Origin: Candidatus Melainabacteria bacterium
GTDB taxonomy: Bacteria; Cyanobacteriota; Vampirovibrionia; Caenarcaniphilales; Caenarcanaceae
Assembly: GCA_005110395.1 (NCBI GenBank)
Contig: DUDU01000059.1
Coordinates: 5,877-69,876 of the forward strand
Reading direction: 5' to 3'
DNA length: 64,000 bases
Part shown: in pieces, positions 40,972 to 51,399 of the stretch
Position numbering within the stretch: position 1 is the stretch's first letter
Layout: every line of letters begins with the position of its first letter
Program-made: the position numbers and the translations under genes
The notes under the pieces: model-generated
The model's database searches: none
Seen by the model: only the letters and a program-made list of their open reading frames with translations
Told to the model about the DNA's origin: nothing

Positions 40972-43900
40972 TTAATCATCAAACTTAACCTTAGGTAAAT
41001 TATTCACTATATCCACTGTTTGCATACTCACATTGATAATACTCAAAAGTAAATCTAAAATATATCGTGGTTTTCCCGTTTCCGTTGCCCAATCGTTCGG
41101 ATCGTTTTTAATACCGCTCTCTTTGTGTACTGTTACTTGATAGCGTTCCATTATCCATTCAATCGCACTTTTTCCATTTACTACATATTGATATGCTTTT
41201 TCTGGAATATGTTCTATCGTGATTTGAGAATTATAAATAATCTTCTCTTTCTGTCCTTTGGCTGGGAACCGCATCTTTTCTACTCGATAATTTAAGTATT
41301 CTAATTCGTCTTTGTTTACCTGCTCTAAAGTATCTTTCATTGATAATGGACTAAGTAGTGTTATCACATCTGGCGAAGGTGGAACTGTTTCATAATTCAA
41401 ATGTAATTCTGCTAATTGTCTTCCTGCTTTGCTAAATGCCCAAAAGTCTTTCACATCCTCTAATAATGGCAATCTTGGCAACATTTTCTTTAAATCATTA
41501 GAAAATTTTTCTCTGTATTCCTTGCTGTGCAGAAAACCATAAACATAATAAAAAATATCTTCTTTGCTTACATTTTTACCGTATTGTTTTTTTGCTCTCT
41601 CTAAAATGAAATCACTGATTGCATCTCTGCGGATATATTTTTGTTCGCCAGTGGCATCAAATAAATTTAGTTTTTCCTGTTTTGTGTTGTTTTCTTCATA
41701 GTAATAAAGTGGGAAACATTGGCAAGCTGACAGCAAGCCCAGATCTGGAATGTTATTTACAATTAATGATGAATGAAATTTTGAATCTCCTGTGCCTGGG
41801 ATACAAATCAAAATATTTTCAATATTATTTTCAGGAAATAAAATAGGGAGCTTGGCAAGATCATTAACAATTTGTCTATCATAGAATATGTTCATCTTTG
41901 AAAATGGTCTATAATGCCCCATTCGCATCTTCCTGTTACTAAAAATATACTTTTTGCCTTTTACTAAATCATCTCTTAAGGCTCTTGACCAACTAATTTT
42001 AGTCTCGTTAGAATCAATAAAATCTTCAACTTTTGGTTTTGAAATCAAAGATGAATAATCATCAACTTGCTGATTGTAAAAATCCATTGTTCTTCTGGAA
42101 TTTAAAAGAACAGCATCTTTTGAGTAATTATAAACCCAAGCATCTCTGTTTGTTTTGACTCCATTAGAGTACAAAGGGACAAAGAAAGTACTTTTATTCT
42201 GCTTATCATCTTTATCACCTAAAGGAATATAATTTTCAAAAGCATCATTCCTAACACTGATCCAATCATTATGTTCATTAGGTTCTAATACTTTCAACGG
42301 TAAATCTGGATTTCCAAAGGATTTAAAATTACTGATGGTTTTGAGCTTATCTTCACGATTTAAATAATCACCAATGTCATAGTAATGAATACTTGCTTTT
42401 TCTGTTTTTATATCTGGATTTTTAACTAACAACGTTATTGAAATTGTATCTCTACACCCTGAACCAAAAACGTTACCTTTTTCTTTTTGTCTTAATTCAC
42501 CACTTGTCCTAGCATTGCCCCTCAAGTTGAACACATAAATTGAGGTAAATTCTTCCTCTATTGATTTGCGGAAACCATCAGCACTATTACTATCAATCCA
42601 GTTACCATTAGAAACAAAACATATAATACCTCCTGTTTTATCTAATCTATCTGCACTCCATCTAAAAGCTTTTATATAGCTGTTATAAAGAGAGTTTTTA
42701 TTTGTAGCACTAGTAAGCTTTGCATAAGTATCAGCGATGCGGTTATTTAGCTTTGGATATGCCTGATTTTGTGCATTGTCATTAGCAGAGGTCTGTCCGG
42801 CAGAATAAGGCGGATTACCCATAATAATACGCAAGGGGGCTTTTTGTTGTTTTTGTACTCTCTCTGAGTTTTGAGGAAACATTTCAGAGAATAATTTTTG
42901 ACCTTCTTCTGTTTCCCCAAGCTGAAAAGTATCAGTTAAGCATATACCTTCAAAAGGGAAATATTTTTCTTTTCCAATTCCATCATCAGGATCAGGTGTA
43001 GCGTCATGATAAGCATTTTCAATATTGATAGTTGCGATATAGTAAGCCAATAGAACAATTTCATTAGCATGAAGCTCTTGGTTGTATTTTCTATCTAAAT
43101 CTTTTTCTTCAATCAATCCACTCTGAAACAATCGAACCATAAAAGTACCAGTACCAGTGAATGGATCGAGTATATGAACATTTTCATCGGAGATAGAACG
43201 ATTAAATTCCTTTTTCAAAATATCATTGACTGAATGTATGATGAAATCAACTACTTCAACAGGGGTATAAACAATACCTAGTTTTTCCACCATTTTTGGA
43301 AAAGCTGTTTTAAAGAACTTATCGTACAACTCAATAATAATGCGTTGTTTCCCTTCAGCATTATCAATGTCAGAGGCACGAATTCTAACTGATTCATAAA
43401 ACTTTTGAAGTTCTTCTGTGTCTTTTTCTATGATCTTTTCTTCCAATAAATCCAACATTTTCTGCATAGACCTACTAATTGGATTGTTTTTCACGAAAGA
43501 ATATCCTTCAAACAAAGCATCGAATACTGGTTTTGTGATTATATGTTGAGATAGCATTTCAATAGCTTCATTCTGAGAAATGCTGGGATTTATGTTTTGA
43601 TGCAGCCCTTCTAAAAAAATATTAAATTCTTTCTGATGTTTTGGATTTTCATTAATAATTTTAGTAATGCGTTCTGTTTGTCTTGTAGCAATATCAGCTA
43701 CTGATTTAGCCCATTGTTCCCAATATCTTTTGTCACCGACTTTCTGAACCATTCGGGCAAATACCACTGATTGTAATTGTTGAAATTGCAGTGATAGCTG
43801 TTCAGAGATATTTTTAGATGATGGAATATTCCCCGTATCTGGATAGACTGGATTCCCCTCTCTATCAAATGAAATCTCAGGACGACCAACTAAAATTTGT

Positions 43901-45903
43901 TCGGGTTTATTTTTATTGAGTTCAATTTTATTTACAGTTGCATTGAAACGATCATCATGAGCCCTAAGTGCATTCAATACAGTCCAAACAACTTTATATC
44001 TTTCATTATCATTCAGCGCCTGATCAGGCTCAACATTTGAAGGAACAACAATTGGAATAATGATATAGCCATATTTTTTATTGGGGGCTTTTCGCATAAC
44101 CCGACCAACAGACTGGACTACGTCAACTTGTGAATTTCGAGCGGATAAGAATAAAACCGCATCCAAAGAAGGTACATCAACTCCTTCACTAAGACAGCGT
44201 ACATTTGTTAAAATTCGACATTCTCTTTCTTCTGGTTCATCTTTCAGCCAAGATAATAATTCATTTCTTTGAGTAGCATTCATTGAGCCGTCTATGTGCT
44301 TTGATGATACTAACTGCATTGAGCTTTGTTTTTCTGTAGGTAACTCAGAAATATAACTATCAGTTGCAATATTTAAAGTATTTGTTATTTTTTTTGATAC
44401 TGCGATACTTTGACAAAAAGCAACTGCTCTTCTCATTGGCTCTGGATCGGTTTCTTTTATAATCCCTTCATCCCCTAGAATTTGTTTTGAAAGTGCATTA
44501 ATACAGCCTATTAATTTCGAAGCATCATCAGTATTAATTTCATTTTCTTTGTCCATTATCATTTTTTGGACGGCTGGCGGTACATCATTCTCGTTGAGAG
44601 TCAGTATGAGAACCTTATAATCAGCTAATAAATCTTTCTCTACTGCTTCACCAAAACCGATTCTATATATTTCTTCACCATACAAACTGACATCATCCAT
44701 TGAACACAAAGTAGCTTCTGCTTGTGCGGCTTTACTCTTTGTTTCACCATCATATAATCGAGGAGTAGCAGTCATATAAAGGCGTTTTTTTGCTTTTATA
44801 AAATCATTGTTATGAACTTTAGTAAATGCACTTTCATCTTCATCAGCCAATGAAACTCCAGTAGTACGATGTGCTTCATCACAAATAATCAAATCAAACT
44901 CTGAAAATTCTGGATTGTATTTAGCTATTTCTTTTTGGGCTTTTGAAATAACTTCAATAGACTGATAAGTAGAAAAAACAACAGTTAAGCCATTATTTGA
45001 TTTTATTTTCAGGCATTTAAACTGGTGCAAAATACTTTTCACATCAGTAGAAGCTGGATATGCTAAATCTAAAACTGAGGATGTATCAATATCTTCTAAT
45101 TTTTTTCTTTTTTTTGTTATTTCAGGATCCGAACAAATACATATTGCATTGATTGGTTCTTTAGCATCTGCATACCATTCATTGAGAGTTTGCCCTAATA
45201 ATGCAATAGAAGGGACTAAGAACAATATTAAGCCTTTACCTTTAGTTTCATTTTCTGCAATACGAAGAGAAGTAAAAGTTTTCCCAGTACCACAAGCCAT
45301 AATGAGTTTACCTCTATCATTAGCTTGTAAATGTTCATTAGTTTTATTCAGAGCTTCTATTTGATGATGTCGTAATTCTTTTTTTTGTATTCTAGCTTCT
45401 TGTCCACAAATCCCATTCTCTAACTTACCCCAATCAATAGGAGAATTTATGAGATCATACAATCCCAATTTCATTACAGGTATTTGTTGATTCTCAAAAC
45501 TTTTTTCAGCATTAATTGAAAATGATTTACCTGTGGTATCAATCCAAAGTCTATACGCAAAAGATGTTGTTTTACAATCTTCTCCCTTGAATGAACGTCC
45601 AGAGGTAGTAATGAAAGTATCAACTTCTTTTTTGTCGATTATAGTACCTTCTTTGTAGCATTTACACTGTATAGCCCAATAATCACCTGTATGGGTTAAT
45701 GCAACTAAATCAATGCCAGTATCCTGTCCACCAAATTCTTGTTTACTAGGAAATTCTTCCCATAACCAAACTTTTTTTAGATTATCTGCATATTTAGGAT
45801 CTGTAAGCAAATAGGCTTTCATTAAGCGTTCAAATTTTGCACCCTTATCTCTTTCAGAAAAGGCAAATTTACGGTACTTTTCTAAGATTTGTTGAAAGCT
45901 CAT
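40972..45903 (-). CDS. Type ISP single-polypeptide restriction-modification enzyme (Mrr-like nuclease + SF2 helicase-like ATPase + gamma-class N6-adenine methyltransferase + target-recognition domain; LlaGI/LlaBIII-like)
   Basis: N-terminal PD-(D/E)xK GIDLVALTH..DYWAIQCKCY; Walker A MACGTGKTFT; DEAH LIICDEAHRTTG; methyltransferase motif I ILDPFTGTGTF; motif IV MGNPPYSAG; 1643 aa. Confidence 0.85.
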   Translation of the reverse strand: MSFQQILEKYRKFAFSERDKGAKFERLMKAYLLTDPKYADNLKKVWLWEEFPSKQEFGGQDTGIDLVALTHTGDYWAIQCKCYKEGTIIDKKEVDTFITTSGRSFKGEDCKTTSFAYRLWIDTTGKSFSINAEKSFENQQIPVMKLGLYDLINSPIDWGKLENGICGQEARIQKKELRHHQIEALNKTNEHLQANDRGKLIMACGTGKTFTSLRIAENETKGKGLILFLVPSIALLGQTLNEWYADAKEPINAICICSDPEITKKRKKLEDIDTSSVLDLAYPASTDVKSILHQFKCLKIKSNNGLTVVFSTYQSIEVISKAQKEIAKYNPEFSEFDLIICDEAHRTTGVSLADEDESAFTKVHNNDFIKAKKRLYMTATPRLYDGETKSKAAQAEATLCSMDDVSLYGEEIYRIGFGEAVEKDLLADYKVLILTLNENDVPPAVQKMIMDKENEINTDDASKLIGCINALSKQILGDEGIIKETDPEPMRRAVAFCQSIAVSKKITNTLNIATDSYISELPTEKQSSMQLVSSKHIDGSMNATQRNELLSWLKDEPEERECRILTNVRCLSEGVDVPSLDAVLFLSARNSQVDVVQSVGRVMRKAPNKKYGYIIIPIVVPSNVEPDQALNDNERYKVVWTVLNALRAHDDRFNATVNKIELNKNKPEQILVGRPEISFDREGNPVYPDTGNIPSSKNISEQLSLQFQQLQSVVFARMVQKVGDKRYWEQWAKSVADIATRQTERITKIINENPKHQKEFNIFLEGLHQNINPSISQNEAIEMLSQHIITKPVFDALFEGYSFVKNNPISRSMQKMLDLLEEKIIEKDTEELQKFYESVRIRASDIDNAEGKQRIIIELYDKFFKTAFPKMVEKLGIVYTPVEVVDFIIHSVNDILKKEFNRSISDENVHILDPFTGTGTFMVRLFQSGLIEEKDLDRKYNQELHANEIVLLAYYIATINIENAYHDATPDPDDGIGKEKYFPFEGICLTDTFQLGETEEGQKLFSEMFPQNSERVQKQQKAPLRIIMGNPPYSAGQTSANDNAQNQAYPKLNNRIADTYAKLTSATNKNSLYNSYIKAFRWSADRLDKTGGIICFVSNGNWIDSNSADGFRKSIEEEFTSIYVFNLRGNARTSGELRQKEKGNVFGSGCRDTISITLLVKNPDIKTEKASIHYYDIGDYLNREDKLKTISNFKSFGNPDLPLKVLEPNEHNDWISVRNDAFENYIPLGDKDDKQNKSTFFVPLYSNGVKTNRDAWVYNYSKDAVLLNSRRTMDFYNQQVDDYSSLISKPKVEDFIDSNETKISWSRALRDDLVKGKKYIFSNRKMRMGHYRPFSKMNIFYDRQIVNDLAKLPILFPENNIENILICIPGTGDSKFHSSLIVNNIPDLGLLSACQCFPLYYYEENNTKQEKLNLFDATGEQKYIRRDAISDFILERAKKQYGKNVSKEDIFYYVYGFLHSKEYREKFSNDLKKMLPRLPLLEDVKDFWAFSKAGRQLAELHLNYETVPPSPDVITLLSPLSMKDTLEQVNKDELEYLNYRVEKMRFPAKGQKEKIIYNSQITIEHIPEKAYQYVVNGKSAIEWIMERYQVTVHKESGIKNDPNDWATETGKPRYILDLLLSIINVSMQTVDIVNNLPKVKFDD
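41006..41065. repeat. Direct repeat copy B: the genuine 3' coding end of the Type ISP gene
   Basis: See copy A; the two copies are 753 bp apart. Confidence 0.7.
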
Positions 45904-46020
45904 TTGGGTAATTAAAAAAGTGAAAAAGCCAAATTAGAACAAAATTATATCAAACACTTCAATACTTTCATGGTGAGAAGCTTGATTAAATGGCCTACTT
46001 GAAAACATTCACCTTTCCTA

Positions 46021-46213
46021 AAAAGTTTTATTTGATATTGAAAGATACAAAAAGATAAAGCTAGAAAATACTTGGAACGTTTAATAAAAAATTCAAATCC
46101 TTTAGGGCTTTTTTCTGAAGATATTGAGCCGCAATCTAAAAGATTATTAGGAAATTTCCCACAAGCTTATACTCATGTTGCCGTCATCAACTCAGCTTTG
46201 TTATTGAATTGAA
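46021..46213 (+). pseudogene. Remnant C-terminus (~64 codons) of a glycoside hydrolase family 15 (glucoamylase/trehalase-type) gene
   Basis: ...GLFSEDIEPQSKRLLGNFPQAYTHVAVINSALLLN* matches the conserved GH15 C-terminal LGNFPQAFSHLALINAA signature. No GH15 body lies upstream. Confidence 0.55.
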
Positions 46214-46225
46214 GAATATTCTTGT

Positions 46226-47173
46226 CTATGCAGAACGTGAAGGAATTTCTCTACAATTTGTAAAAACCAAGATACCAATACTCACTATAATCATAAACAC
46301 GCAAATAATTTGAGCGGCAGGAAAAGATCCAATCAACAAACTATCCAATCGAATAAATTCAAGAAAAAACCTCCCAATCGAATACAAAATCAAATAAATT
46401 GGAAATAGACTTCCAGTACTAATTTTGAAAGGCAAATTTAACTGCAATCCCAAGACATTAAGCTTTTGTTTATCCTGATAAGTAATTGACTGATGCAAAG
46501 ATAATAAAAAGAAAAATACCAACAGCATATAAATCGATTCATAAAGAAAAGTAGGATGAAAACTTGTATAACCCAAATATTTTTCTGGTCTAAATTCTGG
46601 TGGTATAAATTGCGCCCAAGGTAATTGAGTTGGTTTGCCAAAGGCTTCATTATTGAAAAAATTACCCCAACGTCCAATTGCCTGCCCAATAGGCAAACCT
46701 AATGCAATTAAATCGGCTAAGTTTTTGAAAGGAGGTAAGTCAGATAATTTATTTTGTGATTTCTTGAATTGATAAACTAGCAGAGCTGACACAAAGCCCC
46801 CAAATATTCCTCCCTGAATTGATTGTCCTCCCTGCCATATTTGCAGAATTTCATTTGTATTGTGAGCAAAATAATTCCAACTCAAAATCACATACCAAAG
46901 CCTGGCACCAATTATTCCGCCAATAAAACAAATAAAAAGTAAGTCAAAAAGATTTTGCTTTTGTATTTCTGTTATTTGCCAGCTTTCTTTTTTCTCAGAG
47001 ATGATTTGTTCAGAGTCTTTTTTGAAAGGGCGAGATGCTCTGGAATTAATAACAAGAAAAGCAGCCAAAAACCCCAAACCTGTTAGCAAGCCGTACCAAC
47101 GTAAAGGCAAACTTCTATTCAGATTAAATAGCTCACCAAAATCAATAATGATTGAACCAGGCGAATGGAGCAT
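46226..47173 (-). CDS. lgt: Prolipoprotein diacylglyceryl transferase
   Basis: RWYGLLTGLGFL...GGIIGARLWYV...GNFFNNEAFG (Lgt signature region). Confidence 0.85.
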   Translation of the reverse strand: MLHSPGSIIIDFGELFNLNRSLPLRWYGLLTGLGFLAAFLVINSRASRPFKKDSEQIISEKKESWQITEIQKQNLFDLLFICFIGGIIGARLWYVILSWNYFAHNTNEILQIWQGGQSIQGGIFGGFVSALLVYQFKKSQNKLSDLPPFKNLADLIALGLPIGQAIGRWGNFFNNEAFGKPTQLPWAQFIPPEFRPEKYLGYTSFHPTFLYESIYMLLVFFFLLSLHQSITYQDKQKLNVLGLQLNLPFKISTGSLFPIYLILYSIGRFFLEFIRLDSLLIGSFPAAQIICVFMIIVSIGILVFTNCREIPSRSA

Positions 47174-47203
47174 ATTGTTAGCCTATTTTTATAAAATCAA
47201 AAC

Positions 47204-48475
47204 TTAATTGCGTACCATTATCTCTCTTAATAAATTAATTGATTGCACTACACTTTGATAAGACTGCATATCTCCTTTTTGCTGATAAAGATTTTTGGCT
47301 TTTTCATGATCGTCCATTGAGCCTTTATAATTGCGCATTTGGTATTTGATATAACCACGTTTTCGATAGGCATCGGAACTTTCTTCATCTAATTCAATTG
47401 CTTTATTTAAATCTTGGAGAGCGGCCCCTAAATTTCCCGTTTGTGCTTTGGCATATCCACGATTGATATAAGCTTCAACAAAATCTTTTTTATATTCAAG
47501 TGCTTTTGAGTATTCACTAACTGCACCAGTAAAGTCTTTTCCTTTTTCTCTTGAAATACCACTTTGTAAATAGAAATTGGCACTATCTGGATTTAACTGC
47601 AATGATTGTTTCAAATCAGCAACTGCGCCCTGAGAGTCTTTCAATGCTTTTTTGCATCTTCCGCGATACAGATAAGCTTCTCCAACAAATTCAGAATTTT
47701 TATCAATTACTTGGTTAAGGTCTTCAATTGACCCTGTAAAATCCTTCAATCTATATTTAGCAACTCCTCTTTTAAAAAACTCCTCAGCATTTTGTGGACT
47801 GGTTTTCACAGCTTCCATCAATAGAGGCATATCATTTGCTTCAGCTCTTTTTATTTCAGATTGATTGATTCCTTGAATAGGTTGTATTTGAATGGCTTGT
47901 TGCTGAATAGCTTGTGAAGGTGAGCTCTGAAGCGAAGAATTGTTAATAGATTGAAAATTTTGTTTTGCAAATCCTTGCGACTGCTGATTCACAGCGGAGC
48001 TTGTATTTACATTTGAACTGTCAGGGGCAGGCTTCCAATATTCATTTGGATTGAATTGACTAGTGGAGTTTGAAAAATTATTGATTGAATTGTTATTTTG
48101 ACTAAATTGATCAGCGCTTGCATTACTAAGATCATTGCTAACAAATCGCTGAGTGTTTTGATGAGGCTGATTTATTTGTTTATTTATGCTTAGCGAAGTG
48201 CTTGCTGGAGATATGCTGTTTTGCGCTGATAAAGCAGATTGGCTTAAATTTGGCAAGGGAAAGCTAACGCTGGTTTTTTCTTTTTTATTTATCATTTCCG
48301 AATTCACATCAAAAATCGGGAAGAAATCATCATCAGCCTGAACACTTGCAACTATTCCATTAAAACAAATCATTCCTAATAAGCAAAAGCTGAATAAAAC
48401 TTTGTCTGAATTTTGATAAATATTTTTGCTGGAATTTTTCTCTATTTTATTCATCACGTTCCTTGGCAGGGTCAA
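47204..48475 (-). CDS. TPR-repeat protein with N-terminal signal/anchor and an S/N/Q-rich linker
   Basis: C-terminal TPR units (AEEFFKRGVAKYRLKDFTGSIEDLNQVI...). Confidence 0.7.
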   Translation of the reverse strand: MTLPRNVMNKIEKNSSKNIYQNSDKVLFSFCLLGMICFNGIVASVQADDDFFPIFDVNSEMINKKEKTSVSFPLPNLSQSALSAQNSISPASTSLSINKQINQPHQNTQRFVSNDLSNASADQFSQNNNSINNFSNSTSQFNPNEYWKPAPDSSNVNTSSAVNQQSQGFAKQNFQSINNSSLQSSPSQAIQQQAIQIQPIQGINQSEIKRAEANDMPLLMEAVKTSPQNAEEFFKRGVAKYRLKDFTGSIEDLNQVIDKNSEFVGEAYLYRGRCKKALKDSQGAVADLKQSLQLNPDSANFYLQSGISREKGKDFTGAVSEYSKALEYKKDFVEAYINRGYAKAQTGNLGAALQDLNKAIELDEESSDAYRKRGYIKYQMRNYKGSMDDHEKAKNLYQQKGDMQSYQSVVQSINLLREIMVRN

Positions 48476-48750
48476 TATGTGGTTTATTGCTTGATTCTAT
48501 TTAGCGATTTGGTAATCATAGTATTATTTCCGATCAGACGTTAGACGTTAATCGCAAATCTTTGTGCCTACAAATTGATGTCCAAAATTCGCCACTCAAA
48601 GTTTAGTATGAAGAAGCTAGGTATTTTGAGTATCTGGGTTTTAATGATTGAGATTGACTTTGCTCTTCCAGCTAAGAAATCTATTCTTTTAGAAAATTGC
48701 CTTAAGTAATCTATGCTTCTGTTTATTTTCTATCTTTACTTTTTGTTGTA

Positions 48751-50148
48751 TTACTTTGCTTGAGCCGCTTTGGTCTGAGATAAGTTGGCTTGAGAAAGAG
48801 AAACTCTGGAAAGAAAAGATTTATCGAGCGGATCATACAGAGCTAAATTGTAATCACGCAAAGAAAATTGTTTAGAAGAAACTGGAAACATCAGAGTAAT
48901 TGTACTGCTCTGGCCCGAGGCGATTTTTTGAAGCAAATTAGTGCCAGAAGTTCTCAAATCAGCAATCATTGGATCTCCACCATCAAGAGGCACCAAAAGC
49001 AAATCACAAGGATAAATTGAAGAATTAGTTTGATTATTTACTTTGACTTTCACTGATAAAAGATTTTCATATTCTTCAGATTCTGATACTTTAGCTTCCA
49101 TCAATTCAAGGTTTAAACCAATTAATTGATTATCTAAATTTGCTTGCTTGTTTGCCAATTCAGCCTCTAAAAGGGCATCATCATCAATATTAAAATTGTC
49201 ACCAAAGGTAATTGCACTTTTTTCACCTGGAAAGAAAGTTTTGGTGTCTCCTTGTCTACGAACAGCCCCGATTAACCCTAGAGATACACCAACCCCTGCT
49301 CCAACTGCAACACTGAGACCATTGGTATAAACGGCTGCTAATGGAGACCAACGAAGAGAATTGTATGTCCCCCACAAAGCGCCAAGTGTTGCCAACTTTG
49401 CATCATAAACAACCAATTTGGCAGCCTCTTTTCCTTTAAAGCTTTCCGTAGTTAATTCGGCTTTAATTGGGAATTCTTTGCCAGATTTTAGAACTAAAGT
49501 ATCAAAAGCAACTTTTACAAAACCAGCTCTTCCCGCTTTGCGGCTTTGTTTGACATCAACTACATGTCCTTTTATGCGGCTCCCTCTGAGTGATTCTAAA
49601 CTTGGACTGCCTGAGCCTGGCTTGACTAAGACTTTGGCTTGAACACCATCACCAATTGAGCTTAATTCAGAGGATAAAAGGGTCATTAAAGAAATTGAAA
49701 TTTTTTCTTTTTTATCAATGACTTTTGTGCTTGAGCCTTTGAGAATCATATTAGACTCAGATTGTTCTCCATTTACTTGAACATTTTCACCTTTAATAAT
49801 TTCTTCTAATGGAGAAGTTGCATTGATTTCGCTACTGATTTCATTTTGCCCAGAACTCGCTGCAGTTTTGCTTGCTGCGGAATTATTTCCTAAAGCAGTT
49901 GAAAGATCTGCTTGGAGTTCAGAACTTTTTGATTCAACTGATTGTTTCGTTTCAACTTGCCCTTTTGAAGAAGAATCTATTTCATCTGCCAATAGGCCTA
50001 CACTTGGAAGAATAGAGGAAAGAAATATTGAAGGAAAGAAATATATGAATAGAAATCCAAAAGAAACAAGTGAATTAACTCGAATTCGTTTAGTCTCTGA
50101 ATCTAAGTTGAAATTGGTTAGAAATTTCTTTTTTGACATCTTTGACAA
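48751..50148 (-). CDS. Hypothetical secreted/anchored protein (465 aa), S-rich
   Basis: N-terminal hydrophobic segment; no motif recognised. Confidence 0.5.
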   Translation of the reverse strand: MSKMSKKKFLTNFNLDSETKRIRVNSLVSFGFLFIYFFPSIFLSSILPSVGLLADEIDSSSKGQVETKQSVESKSSELQADLSTALGNNSAASKTAASSGQNEISSEINATSPLEEIIKGENVQVNGEQSESNMILKGSSTKVIDKKEKISISLMTLLSSELSSIGDGVQAKVLVKPGSGSPSLESLRGSRIKGHVVDVKQSRKAGRAGFVKVAFDTLVLKSGKEFPIKAELTTESFKGKEAAKLVVYDAKLATLGALWGTYNSLRWSPLAAVYTNGLSVAVGAGVGVSLGLIGAVRRQGDTKTFFPGEKSAITFGDNFNIDDDALLEAELANKQANLDNQLIGLNLELMEAKVSESEEYENLLSVKVKVNNQTNSSIYPCDLLLVPLDGGDPMIADLRTSGTNLLQKIASGQSSTITLMFPVSSKQFSLRDYNLALYDPLDKSFLSRVSLSQANLSQTKAAQAK

Positions 50149-50414
50149 ATAAATTATTGAAGAATTATAAATTTGGGAAACTTAATGATTTGAAAGCTTT
50201 ATATGTATCTATTAATAAGGTTGATCTTGGTTATCATCTCATTATTAGAGAAAGATATAAAAATGTTAAAGGATTATTGACAAGAAAACAATTTTGTCAT
50301 GAGTAAAAGCAAGACATACAATTTTCTCTTGACTCTTACATTTTCTTTACCCAATCATTTACCAAGAATCTCTTTCTTAGTTTGCTCTTTCTTGTTTTTA
50401 CTTTGAATATAATC

Positions 50415-51266
50415 CTAAATCACAGAACATTTTTCTGTAAATTTCTCAAAAGTTTTATCTTGAGGATTAAGAGATGGAATGGCCGAGATCAAACGCTTAG
50501 TGTATGCCTGCTTTGGAGAACTCAAAATCAGATTTGTTTCACCAGATTCGATAATTTCTCCATTGTACATAACGAATATTCGATCGGCCAAATACTTCAA
50601 TGATGGCAAATCATGAGTGATAACAATTATGGTTAATTCTTGAGTTTCTCTGAGCTTTTTGAATAATTCCAAAACTTGAAGCCGAATAGATACATCCAGA
50701 GCGCTAGTTGGTTCATCTGCAATCAAAATAGTGGGTTTGCAAGCAATGGCTCTCGCAATAGCCGCCCTTTGTATTTGTCCGCCAGAAACTTGATGAGGGA
50801 ATCGATTAGCTAATTCTATTTCTAAACCCACTGAATCCAATAAGCGATTAATTTCGTTCTGAATGTTTTTAGTATCTTGATTTAATAGATTTTGACTTAA
50901 TAAAATATTGTGTTCGATTATGGGTTGAGCGATGCTATCTCCAATTGTCATCCTCGGATTAAAGCTGGCCAGCGTATTTTGGAAAATCATTTGAATTTCT
51001 TTTCTTTCCTGCTTACTTCTTGGCTCTGAAAAAGAAATTTGATTTTCTCTTAAAACTAAATCGCCATCATTTTGTATCTCAAGCCCTGCAATAATTCTGG
51101 CTAAAGTTGTTTTCCCACACCCAGACTCGCCAACAATGCCAATAATTTCTTTTTCCTGAATTTCGAGACTTACTCCATTCAATACTTTAGGAATTTGTTG
51201 TTTTACTGAGCCTCTATTAATAAAGCTTTTGCTAATATCCTTTACACTTAAAATTGTTTGTTTCAC
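50415..51266 (-). CDS. ABC transporter ATP-binding protein (Opp/Dpp-F type), orphan
   Basis: Walker A GESGCGKTT; signature LSGGQIQRAAIARA; Walker B ILIADEPTSALD. No permease or substrate-binding protein adjacent. Confidence 0.85.
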   Translation of the reverse strand: MKQTILSVKDISKSFINRGSVKQQIPKVLNGVSLEIQEKEIIGIVGESGCGKTTLARIIAGLEIQNDGDLVLRENQISFSEPRSKQERKEIQMIFQNTLASFNPRMTIGDSIAQPIIEHNILLSQNLLNQDTKNIQNEINRLLDSVGLEIELANRFPHQVSGGQIQRAAIARAIACKPTILIADEPTSALDVSIRLQVLELFKKLRETQELTIIVITHDLPSLKYLADRIFVMYNGEIIESGETNLILSSPKQAYTKRLISAIPSLNPQDKTFEKFTEKCSVI

Positions 51267-51399
51267 TTTGACTTAGTTTCGCTTTGACTTATTTCACTTT
51301 GGCTTGTTTTACTTTCAATGGGCGAATTGATTTGGGGTTAAATTAATATTGAAAAATTAAAGCTAATGCATAAGATAGTTTGAAGAATAAATAAAATTC

